NCBI GenBank assembly: GCA_963813715.1
Contig: CAWFAK010000015.1
Span: 67,008-131,007, forward strand
Length of the DNA: 64,000 bases
Reading direction: 5' to 3'
DNA from: an uncultured Planctomycetaceae bacterium
GTDB taxonomy: Bacteria > Planctomycetota > Planctomycetia > Planctomycetales > Planctomycetaceae
Shown here: in pieces, positions 27,928 through 38,033 of the stretch
Position numbering within the stretch: the stretch's first letter is position 1
Layout: every line of letters begins with the position of its first letter
Made by a program: the position numbers and the translations under genes
The notes under the pieces: model-generated
Told to the model about the DNA's origin: nothing
What the model saw: the letters and a program-made list of their open reading frames with translations, nothing else
Databases searched by the model: none

Positions 27928-29028
27928 ATGTCGCGCCGACGTCACTCCGATGAGATCGAGTTTGGCTCCGACTCGTTTCTCGACATCGTCGCCAACATCG
28001 TCGGCATCCTGATCATTCTGATCGTGGTGGCGGGGATCAAGGCGGGCACCGCCCCCGTCACGGCCGAGCGCTTGGCCGAATATCTGCGAACGCACGTGCA
28101 GACGCCGACGCCCAAGGTCGAAGCCGCGGCCGCTCCCACGCCGGCCGAACTGCCCAAAGAACCGCCGCACCTCGAGCCGCTGGTCATTCCCCCTTCCCCC
28201 GCACTGATCCAGCAGGCCGACGCGCTCAAGGCGGAGATCGCCTCGCTCAAGTCCGCGAGCGAGACGGCGGCCGGAGAGGTCGAGCAGGCCGGTCGCGACG
28301 AACAGGCCGACAACCAAGCCATCGCCGACTTGCGGCAGGCGATCGACACCGAGGCGGCCGAATTGGGAACCGACAAGTCAAAACTGGCCAACACCGAGAG
28401 CCAGTTGGCCGCCAAGAAAACGGGCCTGCTCCAGCTGGAAGTGGACGTGCAACGGGCCGAGGCCGTCAAGCCGAAAGTCGCCACGCTCAAGCACAAGCTC
28501 ACGCCGCTGGGGCGGGAGATCAACGGCAAAGAACTGCATTTCCGCCTGCTCAACAACCGCGTCGCCTTTCTGCCGCTGGAAGAGCTGATCCAACGACTGC
28601 GGCCGATGATTCTCCGCAATCGGGAGCGGCTGATGCGTGACGGTGTCAAGCGGGGCGAGATCGGCCCGGTTGCCGGCTTCCACATGGAGTACGTGATCGA
28701 GGCACGGCGGCTGTCCGCGATGGAAGAATTGCGAGCGGGAACGTCCGCCTCCATCAATCTCAGTTCGTGGAGGCTCGTTGCCGAGCCCGACCTGGAAACC
28801 GAGAGCGGCGAAGAAGCCGTGCGGAACAACGGCGACTTTGTCCGCCGGCTCCGCGATGCCGACGCCGACACGACGATCACCTTCTGGGTCTACCCCGATA
28901 GCTACGCGCTTTACCGTCAACTGCAGGAGTTCGCGCATCACGAAAACTTTACTGTCGCCGCGCGACCCATCCCGTTCGGCGTGCCGATCGCCGGCTCCCC
29001 GCAGGGCTCGCGCTCGTCGGGTCAGTAA
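27928..29028 (+). CDS. Membrane-anchored coiled-coil protein (ExbD-like N-terminus)
   Basis: DSFLDIVANIVGILIILIV; ITFWVYPDSY; PIAGSPQGSRS. Confidence 0.75.
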   Translation: MSRRRHSDEIEFGSDSFLDIVANIVGILIILIVVAGIKAGTAPVTAERLAEYLRTHVQTPTPKVEAAAAPTPAELPKEPPHLEPLVIPPSPALIQQADALKAEIASLKSASETAAGEVEQAGRDEQADNQAIADLRQAIDTEAAELGTDKSKLANTESQLAAKKTGLLQLEVDVQRAEAVKPKVATLKHKLTPLGREINGKELHFRLLNNRVAFLPLEELIQRLRPMILRNRERLMRDGVKRGEIGPVAGFHMEYVIEARRLSAMEELRAGTSASINLSSWRLVAEPDLETESGEEAVRNNGDFVRRLRDADADTTITFWVYPDSYALYRQLQEFAHHENFTVAARPIPFGVPIAGSPQGSRSSGQ

Positions 29029-29055
29029 GTCGTTTGGACTTTAAAAGGCCGTTTA

Positions 29056-29148
29056 AACCACCAAGACACCAAGAATACTGAGCGATTCTGGGACTCATTG
29101 CGAACCAAGAAAAAGTCCGATCTTGGTGCCCTTGGTGTCTTGGTGGTT
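29056..29148. repeat. Intergenic palindromic (REP-like) element
   Basis: Perfect 18-bp inverted repeat AACCACCAAGACACCAAG / CTTGGTGTCTTGGTGGTT. Confidence 0.75.
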
Positions 29149-29255
29149 ATCAACTCTTAAACGAAGTCGGATTGACAGTTTGAGGCGGACGGGGGTCTAA
29201 TCCCGCCGGCGCGAATGCCCCAATTTGCCGCGATCTCGTTTACCTCGAGGCTTCG

Positions 29256-30525
29256 ATGTCCAAGCAACGCAAGTCGATTAAGCCGCACAGCGATCCGTCC
29301 TTCATCCTGGCGGCAATCGTCACGGCCGCGTTCTATTACACGGTCTCCTTGCCGTCGATGCGTGGCACGCTGTTGCATCACTACACGACCGAGCACGCGG
29401 TCGAGTATGTGATCGTCGCCATCTTCATCTGGGGCATCATCGATATCCTGTTGAAGCTCCTCTCCTTTCCGCGCGAGATCGTCGCCCTGCGGCAAACGTG
29501 GCTGCCTTCGCGTCAGGGACGCGAACCGATGAGCCAGGCCCAGGTGCTCCTGGATGACGTCCGCTCGCGACCGCAGTGGCTGGTCAATTCGCGCGTCGGC
29601 CGGCGACTCGTGAACGCGCTCGAATACGTCACCGACCGCTGCTCCGCCCGCGACTATCGCGAACATCTGCGCTACCTCTCCGAGCAGGACGAGGACAGCT
29701 CACACGCCGCCTACGTGTTGATCCGGTTCGTGATCGGCATCACGCCCGTGCTCGGCTTCCTGGGCACCGTCATCCATTTCGGCACCGCGCTCTCCGGCAT
29801 CTCATTCAGTGAGATGTCCGAAAAGCTGCCCACGGTCGTCGGCGAGATGGGCACCGCCTTCAACACCACGTCGGTCGCGCTCATCGCCGCCATGACCATG
29901 ATGTTCTCGCTCTTCGTCTGCCAGCGGATTGAACGCAGCATGCTGCAGGCGATCGATCGGCTCGTCGATCGCGAACTATTGCGCCGCTTTGAGTTCAAAG
30001 AATCCGAGCATCACGCCCTTCCTATCGGCCGTGCAGGCCGCCAACGACGAAGCTCTCGCGACGATCAACGCGACCTTGCAGCGGCAGATCGAGGTCTGGA
30101 TGGCCGCCCTCGATTCGGTCTTCCAGCGCTTCGACGACCGCCAGCAGCAGGAACTGGGCCACTGGCAGCAGGTGCTCGAAACTCTCGAACAACGCCACGA
30201 AGCCCACGACATCACGCTTCACGAACAGCTCCGCGGATCGATCGCGCTCGTCGACGCGCGGCACGACAACCAGTTCGTACAGCTCCAGGCCCTGCTCGAA
30301 CGGGCCGTCGGCGCTCGCGACGATTTCGCCGCCTTCCTCAAGACGCTCGACGAAATCACCCGCGGCGAAGGCCGGCTCATCGAGCTGCAAGAATCGCTCT
30401 CGGACAATCTCCGCGTCCTGCACGAAACGCAGCAAATCGACAAGGCCCTCCACGGCCTGACAGCGGCCATCCACCTCCTAACCGCCCGCCACCACCAATC
30501 CGGCCCCCACTCCGCAGCCGCCTAA
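29256..30525 (+). CDS. MotA/TolQ/ExbB proton channel family protein (frameshift near 30000)
   Basis: ITPVLGFLGTVI and AFNTT motifs; coiled-coil tail. Confidence 0.85.
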
Positions 30526-31035
30526 GGCAGGGGTACGCCCCTGCACCCGGTGCGGCTGGAGTCCGAGAGCAAAGATGCTGCTTGCCGCGGCAAGCGTTGC
30601 GCGCACCGGTGTCGAGGCTGAGTGGCGACAAGCGGAAAGTGTATGTCCGTTGGATGCGCCTGGGCGAAGTAGCCCGGCCAGCGTCGGGCGTAAGCCCGAT
30701 GACGCTTCTTCGTCGCTCCGCTTGGGAGAGAAGCGTGCCGTTTCCCTTGGAAAGGCGACCGCCAGACCTGCAAAGGCAACGATCGGGACGATCGGTCGGC
30801 GTATCTTCATCGGAACTCTTGCCGTGTCGGTTCGTTGGCGACGTCACGACACTGGTAACGATCAAGACCCGCAGCCGTGCGCGATTTGTCTACTGCCTTC
30901 TGTGGTTTCGAAAGCGAAGACACGACGGCGGCGGCGCGAGCCGGTTTGGTCTATCCAGGATGCGCAGAATTTAGGATGTTCTCTCCGGAAATGGGGCCTC
31001 TGTGGCTCTGGTATCCGGGTTCTGAGAAACACACG

Positions 31036-31908
31036 ATGCTCAAAGTCGCGCTCTTGTCGGCGTTCGCCGTCCTTTCGCCGTCGCTCTTGCTTGCCGCGGA
31101 GGAGTGGAAGCCGGAATCGGCGCAGGCAGCGATGGAGCTACTGCAGAAAGCGCGAACCGCAATTGGTCCTCTGCGCCGCTTTGAAGTCGAGTGTCAACGG
31201 CGGGTATTGGACGACGCGTTCGGAACCGACACGCGATCGCGGGTGCGGGTCTACCGCGATCAGTCCGCCGGATTCCTCCTCGAGTGCCGGCCGGTCGACT
31301 GTGCCAAGTTTCAGGCCTCGCATCGGACGCAGCACGGCGAGCTTTGCCGGCTTCAGACCACGCGACCGGAAACCTGGTTGATGACCACAAGCGTGTGCAC
31401 AGTTCTCAATGAGGAACGACACACCTACGAAAGCGTGCCAGTTCCACCTCACGAATTCTGGATTGGATCGTTATTACCCGATCCTTACCAAGTCATGCCA
31501 CCCTGGTTCGACCCGACAGTGGATTGGACTCGATTGAAATCGCGGTTTCGCATCGAAGTCGCGCAATCGACCTCCAAAGACTTCTTCATCAAGCTGGTTC
31601 CATTAAAGAAAAATCCCGCCTGGCGGCTTGGCGACGACGAGCGCCTCACGGCTCAGCAGACAGTCGTCATCGATCGCCAAAATCTGCTGCCCAAACGATG
31701 GTCGATTGGCCGACCAGCAGGTGAGGTCACCTACCTCTACACGCAAATCGATCCTCATGCTCCGCAACGCGAGCTGAAGGTCGACTTGACCGGTTACCGG
31801 GACGAAACTCGGATCACTCCGCCCGCTGCCACCACGGAGCCGAGTTCCGTGGCCAACGCGAAGGCTGTCGAAGTCTGCGCTCGGGTCCTGCTTTGGGTGC
31901 TGTTTTGA
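31036..31908 (+). CDS. Secreted hypothetical protein (LolA-like fold possible)
   Basis: Signal peptide; IDRQNLLP motif. Confidence 0.5.
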   Translation: MLKVALLSAFAVLSPSLLLAAEEWKPESAQAAMELLQKARTAIGPLRRFEVECQRRVLDDAFGTDTRSRVRVYRDQSAGFLLECRPVDCAKFQASHRTQHGELCRLQTTRPETWLMTTSVCTVLNEERHTYESVPVPPHEFWIGSLLPDPYQVMPPWFDPTVDWTRLKSRFRIEVAQSTSKDFFIKLVPLKKNPAWRLGDDERLTAQQTVVIDRQNLLPKRWSIGRPAGEVTYLYTQIDPHAPQRELKVDLTGYRDETRITPPAATTEPSSVANAKAVEVCARVLLWVLF

Positions 31909-31938
31909 GCGGGGCCGTGCCAAGCCTCCCGCTGCCCG

Positions 31939-32367
31939 TTATGCTCTATGCGGCAATTCCGTTTCCAGAGTGAGGCAATACTCCGCGAACCCGATGGCCT
32001 TCCAAAAATGAAGCCCGGCCTCGTTTCCGACGAGGACATCGATCCGGACGCGTGGGGCGGCTTGCCAGGCGTTTTTCACCAGCCATTGAATCAGGCTCCG
32101 CCCGATTCCTCGCCGTCGGTTTTCGCTCCGCACGAACAGCTGCCGCAAATAAACGTAGTCCGTCTCGCGTCAGAACAAGGCGTATCCGACGATCACGCCC
32201 AACTCCTCGACGACCGCCGCCTCGGAGTCGCCTCGCAGCCATCCGGCCATGCGCTCGACAAGCTCGGGGACGGTCATCGAGTTGCGGTGCCCTTCGTCGC
32301 GGATGAGCTGCGCATTCAGGGCGCCCAGAGTCTCCGCATCGTCGGTCGTCGCAAACCGAATCGGCAT
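31939..32367 (-). CDS. GNAT acetyltransferase (frameshift near 32170)
   Basis: RQLFV....RRRGIG and N..G..FW..IGF motifs. Confidence 0.85.
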
Positions 32368-32460
32368 TTCTCACCTCGTTCCCTTTGTTCGAGCCAGCCC
32401 TCCGCCAAAAGAGATCAAACTTCTGCAGGGTCCGATGCCGTAATAACACGCGGTGAACCG

Positions 32461-32751
32461 ATGACCGAGAGGCAGCATGAACCGCGGTTTGGACCAGTCT
32501 TCCCGGCGCTGTGGATGGCGCTTTGCACGTTCTGCGCGTACATGGGGGCGTATTACGTCACGGTCGTCCCCTATATTCAAAAGCTCGGTCCCGGCTATTA
32601 CTACAGCATTGGCGACTATCGACTACCGTACGAAACGTACGCGTTCTTCAGTCCGGCGCATTGGATCGCTCGGCACCTGAGAAGCGAACCTTGGGCGACA
32701 CAAGCGACCGGCCAGCCGCCGCGGCGCAACCTGTCGCCAGCACACCGCTAA
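32461..32751 (+). CDS. Small membrane protein
   Basis: TM helix ending in YMGAYY; FFSPAHW resembles the cassette-family motif. Confidence 0.55.
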   Translation: MTERQHEPRFGPVFPALWMALCTFCAYMGAYYVTVVPYIQKLGPGYYYSIGDYRLPYETYAFFSPAHWIARHLRSEPWATQATGQPPRRNLSPAHR

Positions 32752-33513
32752 GCGACCACCCGACTCCACGCGTTAACCGTGCAGGTGTCGCGGTCAAGCA
32801 GTTCGTCTCATGCCGTCATTCGGTTTCGCGCGGCAGTGCTCGCCGAGTCGAATCCGGTCCAACCTCCCGTCGGGTCTCGTGTCCCGTCCCATGTCCCGTC
32901 CCAATGTTCCCGGCGCTGAGTCAACTGCTTTGCTGGGTCAACTCCCTAGTGAAACGAAGTGTCCCGACCCACCGGCCAATCTCTTTCCGGCTCGACTTCC
33001 CGGGCCCGACCCCGCGCAGTCATCTCCAGTGAGGGGCCGGTTTCTCCGCGGTTTTCTCGGTGAAACAACGTGTCCCGTCCCGTCGTCCGCGTCCCGTCGA
33101 TGGCTACGAAATGTTTCCGGACCTGCCCTCCCGAGGTCCGTCCTCCAGCCCCGCCGCTGCCGGGGATCTTTTTCTCCCCTATGTGAAATGGATCCCCATC
33201 ACCGCCGGGGATCCTTTTTTGTTCCCGGCGGGGATCTTTTCACCAGCGGTCGAGACTCTGCAGGCCACGGACGCCGCGCAACCGCACCGAGAGAAGCCGA
33301 GCGCAATCCGCGCAAGCGACCGCTCGCGTGCCAAAGCCGCTATCTCCATTGAGCCACAAAAACCCGATTCGGCCAAGATCAGTCTGGCGAAATTCGGGCT
33401 TGGCCGGCCGGGCTGGTTTGGCCGCTGCGGTGGGCGCGTTTCTGTCCCACTGCCCTGGTAGCGTCCGTGTTTGAATCACGGTTTTTTGAGCGATCGGAAC
33501 GGGTAGTTTGAAC

Positions 33514-33774
33514 TTAGGGCAGTGCTCGCTTTATTGCGTCCCCGACGCCGTGCATCGTGCGATCAACGGCAGCAGAGTGGTCCATGCACCAAACGATCGG
33601 CCAATAGATCGCCCCCAGAATCGATTCGGATCGCTGGTTTGAGATGAGTCCCCCGTCAACGCAGTAGGTGAACGCGACCGCCACCGGGAAGATGCTTAGG
33701 ACATAAATAGTGAGCAGCGCCACCGGCCACCACATCCACTTCCACGACTGGCGTCTCTTCGGTTCGTCGCTCAT
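33514..33774 (-). CDS. Cassette: small membrane protein (YxLSxxP family)
   Basis: Starts MSDEPK in the TGACGGCATG motif; IYVLSIFP...IYWP. Confidence 0.8.
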   Translation of the reverse strand: MSDEPKRRQSWKWMWWPVALLTIYVLSIFPVAVAFTYCVDGGLISNQRSESILGAIYWPIVWCMDHSAAVDRTMHGVGDAIKRALP

Positions 33775-33807
33775 GCCGTCACGAGTGGGTGCGGGTTGTG
33801 TTGGTAT

Positions 33808-34062
33808 TCAGTCCGCGATGTTTGACCACAAATGCACGTACCAGTGCAGCGCGTTTCCGAACGATGGAAATTTTTCGCTGAGCCAGAATAGAGGCGCGTA
33901 GGCCGTGAACTGCGGACCGCTAACTATGCCGCTCCCCCACGGACCGAAATGATCGTCGAGCCACCAGACCGGCCCCATCGACAGCGGATAAGCGATCAAG
34001 AGCAACGCCAGCGCCGTCCAACCAATCCACACTCGCGACCGTCTCTTCGGTTCGTCGCTCAT
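33808..34062 (-). CDS. Cassette: small membrane protein (YxLSxxP family)
   Basis: MSDEPK start motif; AYPLSMGP...AYAPLFW. Confidence 0.8.
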   Translation of the reverse strand: MSDEPKRRSRVWIGWTALALLLIAYPLSMGPVWWLDDHFGPWGSGIVSGPQFTAYAPLFWLSEKFPSFGNALHWYVHLWSNIAD

Positions 34063-34100
34063 GCCGTCACCTGGGCGATTGGTACGGGAGTTCACGGGTC

Positions 34101-34464
34101 TCAGAACTTTGTGGCGACAACGATTGCGACAATCCAAACCCCGACAATGACGACGGCGATCGTTGCGAACCGGGCTAGCCGCCCAGTGGAACCGGAGAAA
34201 AGCGACATGCCATCAGCTTTGTTCGGCCGCGCCAACCATGCGACAATCCGCGCCGAGATGATCGCAATGAGCCCCGAGACGCAAAGATAGAGGAAGAAAT
34301 CTCCTGAGCGATCCGGGCGATTTCCGAACGCCCAACTATCGAGTCGGACGAAGCCGTACATCGCGCCAATGAAAACCCAAAAGGACACGAGCACGCCCAG
34401 CACCCAGGCAAAGCCTGACGCTAGCGACATCCGCCACTGATGGTCGCCCCTGGTCTTCGCTCAT
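34101..34464 (-). CDS. Cassette: three-TM protein (frameshift near start)
   Basis: MSEDQG start in motif at 34464; hydrophobic ORF 34101-34430 in another frame. Confidence 0.65.
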
Positions 34465-34624
34465 GCCGTCATTCCGGGGGATTAGCCACGCGAGCTCAGT
34501 GGTGGCAATGCAGCCCACAAAATGTGGATCAAGAATAAGGTCACCGCGCACCAGCTAAAGACGACAGCGAAGCGCGGGTTGTGCCTGCGTTTGAATCACG
34601 GTTTTTCGCTTTTGGCACGGGAGT

Positions 34625-34828
34625 TTAGCGGGGCCGGGGCCAGAATCGCAGGACGCTCCACACGATGAGGCACCCAACGCACGCGCCCGGGATGGCAACG
34701 ATCACTTTCAACCCACTGGCCACAGTAGCGGCGGACGCTCCCGCCCACACTGCGATCCAGGTTCCGGCATCTAATCGCGTCTGGTTAGACGTGTGCTTTT
34801 CTGGATTAGACTTCGGTTCGCGGCTCAT
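34625..34828 (-). CDS. Cassette: small membrane protein
   Basis: MSREPK start motif; stop abuts AACTCCCGTGCC. Confidence 0.75.
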   Translation of the reverse strand: MSREPKSNPEKHTSNQTRLDAGTWIAVWAGASAATVASGLKVIVAIPGACVGCLIVWSVLRFWPRPR

Positions 34829-34857
34829 GCCGTCACCTTAGCGCGTGGCACGGGAGT

Positions 34858-35077
34858 TCAGGGCGCGGCGCTGCGTCCTGCGTAGCGCTGCAACAGTCCG
34901 ATCACGAGGAAGATGAGTCCGGATGTCGTGAGGCCCATTCGTAGCACCTCCACCAGGCTTCCCCGTTCAAGGTGCCAAGCGTAGAGCACCGCCGCGATGG
35001 GCAGGATGATGGCCGCAGTCCTAAGCAGCGCGCGGCCATTCGCGAGGAGATCTTCCGGTTTGCGGTTCGTCGCTCAT
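34858..35077 (-). CDS. Cassette: two-TM protein (frameshift near start)
   Basis: MSDEP start; alternative frame LRTAAIILPIAAVLYAW...GLIFLVIGLLQR ends at TGA in the end motif. Confidence 0.65.
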
Positions 35078-35165
35078 GCCGTCATTCTAGCGGGGGCGGT
35101 ACTCTGGGTTCAGTTTCGGTAGTGCCTGCGGTTGAAACCGGGTTTTGAGCGATTGGCACGGGAGT

Positions 35166-35394
35166 TCAGTGACGCTTGCTGAACGGGTACGCCCAGATCC
35201 GCATGGACTCCCGGAAAAATTCGCAGTTCTCAAAGAGCCAGTCGACCGGCGCGTAGGCCGGACTCGATGGCTTGCCACCATCCCGAATCTTCCGTGAGAC
35301 GCCAAACTGGGGCTTCCGAGAGCGGGTAACAGGCGATGCCGACGATTGCCCAGCGGAGCCACGCCAACAAACGCCGCTTTCGTTCGTCGCTCAT
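35166..35394 (-). CDS. Cassette: YxLSxxP family membrane protein (frameshift)
   Basis: MSDERK...CYPLSEAPV; second frame AYAPVDWL ends at the end motif. Confidence 0.7.
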
Positions 35395-35609
35395 GCCATC
35401 TTCCTGGCGATAAATTCCACCAGTCCGACGACGGATGCCGTCACAGCGACGATCGCAAAGAGGGTTCTCATTTCGAGAAGACCGAAGGCTGTGAGTGCGA
35501 TTGACACAAAGGAAAGAGCGAGGCCCGCGAAGTCTACGTAGATAAGGCGAGCGTCTCGGCGCCTCGCGTCCTGCTTCTGCAACTCGTGATGCTTCGGTTC
35601 GTCGCTCAT
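35391..35609 (-). CDS. Cassette: two-TM protein
   Basis: MSDEPK start; stop overlaps the next ATG (ATGA). Confidence 0.75.
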   Translation of the reverse strand: MSDEPKHHELQKQDARRRDARLIYVDFAGLALSFVSIALTAFGLLEMRTLFAIVAVTASVVGLVEFIARKMA

Positions 35610-35613
35610 GCTG

Positions 35614-35772
35614 TCACTTCAATAGCGCCTTCGCGATTGAGTCGCCCAGCTGCCTCGACACTTCGCGGCCCGCAATTCGCCCGATCAGTAAGCTCGCGCC
35701 GACTTCTGCGATGCACACGGCCACAACCAGTACGATCGTGCCAAGGATGACCTTGCGTCGGTTGAGTCTCAT
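35614..35772 (-). CDS. Cassette: 52-aa membrane peptide
   Basis: MRLNRRKVILGTIVLVVAVC...; stop is the TGA of the next TGACAGCATG motif. Confidence 0.7.
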   Translation of the reverse strand: MRLNRRKVILGTIVLVVAVCIAEVGASLLIGRIAGREVSRQLGDSIAKALLK

Positions 35773-35876
35773 GCCGTCATTCTAGCGGCGGCGGTTGGAG
35801 TGCCAGACACCCAGGGATCATCGCGCAGGGTAGTGGGCGCGTTTGAAAAGCGAAAGTTGGCGATTGGCACGGGAGT

Positions 35877-36258
35877 TCACTTGCCTGTGAGCATCCCAAT
35901 TCCAAAAGCCATCGGGGCCAGCATCGTGATGCCGGCGACGGTTCGTCCCACTGCCACATGGTTTAGGCGACCAAGCATCAGGGCGACGAGAAACACGGCG
36001 AGCGCGGCACACTAACGGCGCCAAAGTGAAAAGGCCCCCTCTTGCTAGGCGTGTCTTCCAGTTACGTCGGGAGGGAACGTCCCGCGAGTACCAGCGGAAT
36101 GTGACGAAGACTGCGATCAACCACACGCCTATTCCAAGCGGCATCGCATCAAGCGGAAAGAGCACGGCGCCCGTGACGGCCGCCACCACAAGGAACGCGA
36201 CGCCGCCCACAACCGAGAGCAGTCCGCTCAACAATCCGGACTTCGGTTCGTCGTTCAT
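35877..36258 (-). CDS. Cassette: multi-TM protein (frameshift)
   Basis: MNDEPK start motif; hydrophobic; TGA in the end motif at 35877. Confidence 0.65.
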
Positions 36259-36278
36259 GCCGTCATGTCCCGTTGGCG

Positions 36279-36515
36279 TCAGAGCCGACCATGTCGTTTC
36301 ATTCGCTTGAGCAAGCTCTTCGTAATCACGTAACCCTCATGGTCTCCAATTACCGTGTCAACGCCACAGTGCGGACAAATCGTGGTCACCTCGCCCGTTT
36401 GTAGCGTGTCATCTTCGCCCATCCAATGCACGATTGCCGTTGGCGGAAAGATAGCGTAGCACGAGTAACACCCGCACAGCTCGCTCCCGCAAATGTCGTC
36501 GGAGTTTCCGCCCAT
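36279..36515 (-). CDS. Cassette: small Cys-rich (Zn-binding) protein
   Basis: CGCYSC...ICPHCGVD; TAGAATGACGGCATG start. Confidence 0.8.
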   Translation of the reverse strand: MGGNSDDICGSELCGCYSCYAIFPPTAIVHWMGEDDTLQTGEVTTICPHCGVDTVIGDHEGYVITKSLLKRMKRHGRL

Positions 36516-36536
36516 GCCGTCATTCTAGCGGCGGAT

Positions 36537-36676
36537 TGAACCGCTCCATAAACGTGCGGAGTGTCGAGTTGTTCCGCTCGACGTGCGACGTGCAGATCGT
36601 CCCAGCTCGCGTATCCCGCTGACATTGATCCGATCAGCCTGCACGAGCGGCGGCGGCGCGTCGCGGCCCGACTCGG
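36537..36676 (-). pseudogene. IS1-family transposase fragment
   Basis: Translates ESGRDAPPPLV...TICTSHVERNNSTLRTFMERF, matching the transposases in this window. Confidence 0.85.
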
Positions 36677-36785
36677 TGTGGCTCCGTTTCAGGAAAGTCA
36701 AAAGACGACACCACCCCCACCACGGTAGTGTCCGTGTTTGACACCGGGTTTTTGGCGATTGGCATGGGAGTTTGGGGGGCGCACG

Positions 36786-37001
36786 TCACAGCGGGAAAAG
36801 CAGGTTCCACACGTGGTCGAGAGGCCGATAAATGGGAATGGCCACGTTAATCAAAACCTTTGAACCGGTCCTGCGAAAGACGCGCATTGCCAGCCGTTCT
36901 ACAGGATCCTCCGAAGCCACGTACACAATAATCATCACGATCAGCCCGATCAGCCAAACCCAGGGCCGCAACCACGAGTGCTTATTCGGTTCGTCGCTCA
37001 T
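36786..37001 (-). CDS. Cassette: YxLSxxP-like membrane protein
   Basis: MSDEPN start; VYVASEDPV...IYRPL. Confidence 0.8.
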   Translation of the reverse strand: MSDEPNKHSWLRPWVWLIGLIVMIIVYVASEDPVERLAMRVFRRTGSKVLINVAIPIYRPLDHVWNLLFPL

Positions 37002-37010
37002 GCCGTCATG

Positions 37011-37190
37011 TCAGCGGTACAGCAAGATTGCAGCTGCCGCCCTCAGGATAGAGACCGCGCCCAGAGCGAGGATAAAACAGGTGAACGTGCCGGCCCGCTT
37101 CTTGGACAGCAATAGCCTGATGGGAATGGTCGCCAGCCCAATAAGGGCAAGCAAGATTCCAATCTTCATCGCGAGCCAATAAACGCTCAT
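37011..37190 (-). CDS. Cassette: two-TM protein
   Basis: MSVYWLAMK start within GAATGACGGCATG. Confidence 0.75.
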   Translation of the reverse strand: MSVYWLAMKIGILLALIGLATIPIRLLLSKKRAGTFTCFILALGAVSILRAAAAILLYR

Positions 37191-37194
37191 GCCG

Positions 37195-37293
37195 TCATTC
37201 TGGCTGTGAGTACCGGACAAAGACGACCGCCAGAATCGCCAAGCCGATCAGGGCGAGCACGAGCGCCTCGCGGCGATTGGGTAGTCGGATCAT
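37195..37293 (-). CDS. Cassette: 32-aa membrane peptide
   Basis: MIRLPNRREALVLALIGLAILAVVFVRYSQPE; stop is the TGA of the next motif. Confidence 0.65.
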   Translation of the reverse strand: MIRLPNRREALVLALIGLAILAVVFVRYSQPE

Positions 37294-37302
37294 GCCGTCA
37301 TT

Positions 37303-37579
37303 CTAGCGGGTCTCGAAGCGCGCCCAAGCGGCAAACGGTCCGAGCGACGGCGGAGTCCGTGGGGCTCGTCCAACTCCGCTTTGACACGAAAGGTAATGGA
37401 GCGTGATCGAAAGGTCGCGGGCCTTGCTGTAAGCCCTGTCAGCAGCCTGGAGCAGTTCGTCCGTGTGCGGAAAGCCCCGTGCGTCCATCCGCCGTCTCAC
37501 GCGCGCAGATATTGCACGTAGGCGCGAGCCGCGCGCCGATGGCGGCGACTTGGGCTGGCGTCAGGTCGTGGGAATCCAT
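37303..37579 (-). CDS. Cassette: small soluble hypothetical protein (frameshift)
   Basis: MDSHDLTPAQ start after a variant motif (TAAAAT); continues RRMDARGFP...LHYLSC in another frame. Confidence 0.55.
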
Positions 37580-37692
37580 GCCCGCAATTTTAGCGGCGGA
37601 TCCATTTGCGGGTGATTTCGAATTCAGGCACTACCCCCCCCGCAGGTAGTGGGGTCGTATCCTGGACGAAAAACGGCGATTGGCACGGGAGT

Positions 37693-38004
37693 TCAACGCA
37701 TCCAGCCGACAATCGCCCTGACTCCGGCGATGAGCACGAAAAGCACAACGAACCCGGCGATGCCGCATCCAATCAAACCCACTAGATACCGGAATCGGCT
37801 TGGCTTCGGCGCGCCAACCCGGCGCTCGATTACCACTAAGGCATTGAGGTCCTCAATGGCGCTCGTGCAACCCGCAGCAGCGAGCATGAGATCCCGCAGG
37901 CGCTGAAAGGACTCACGATTGCAAATCAGCATCAACTCGCCGCGCGTCTGCCCATGGCAAATCTCAATGCCGCCGGCGCTCCCTGCATCCGGTTCGTCGC
38001 TCAT
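37693..38004 (-). CDS. Cassette: protein with C-terminal TM
   Basis: MSDEPD start; stop in the end motif. Confidence 0.8.
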   Translation of the reverse strand: MSDEPDAGSAGGIEICHGQTRGELMLICNRESFQRLRDLMLAAAGCTSAIEDLNALVVIERRVGAPKPSRFRYLVGLIGCGIAGFVVLFVLIAGVRAIVGWMR

Positions 38005-38033
38005 GCCGTCACCTCAGCGATTGGCACGGGAGT

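Larger units (their letters stand above)
35829..36715. mobile_element. Non-autonomous IS1-like unit with two cassettes and an inverted transposase fragment
   Basis: Left end GGTAGTGGGCGCGTTTGAAA; right end TCAAAAGACGACACCACC. Confidence 0.7.
36724..37635. mobile_element. Non-autonomous IS1-like unit with four cassettes
   Basis: Left end GGTAGTGTCCGTGTTTGA; right end TTCGAATTCAGGCACTACC. Confidence 0.75.
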
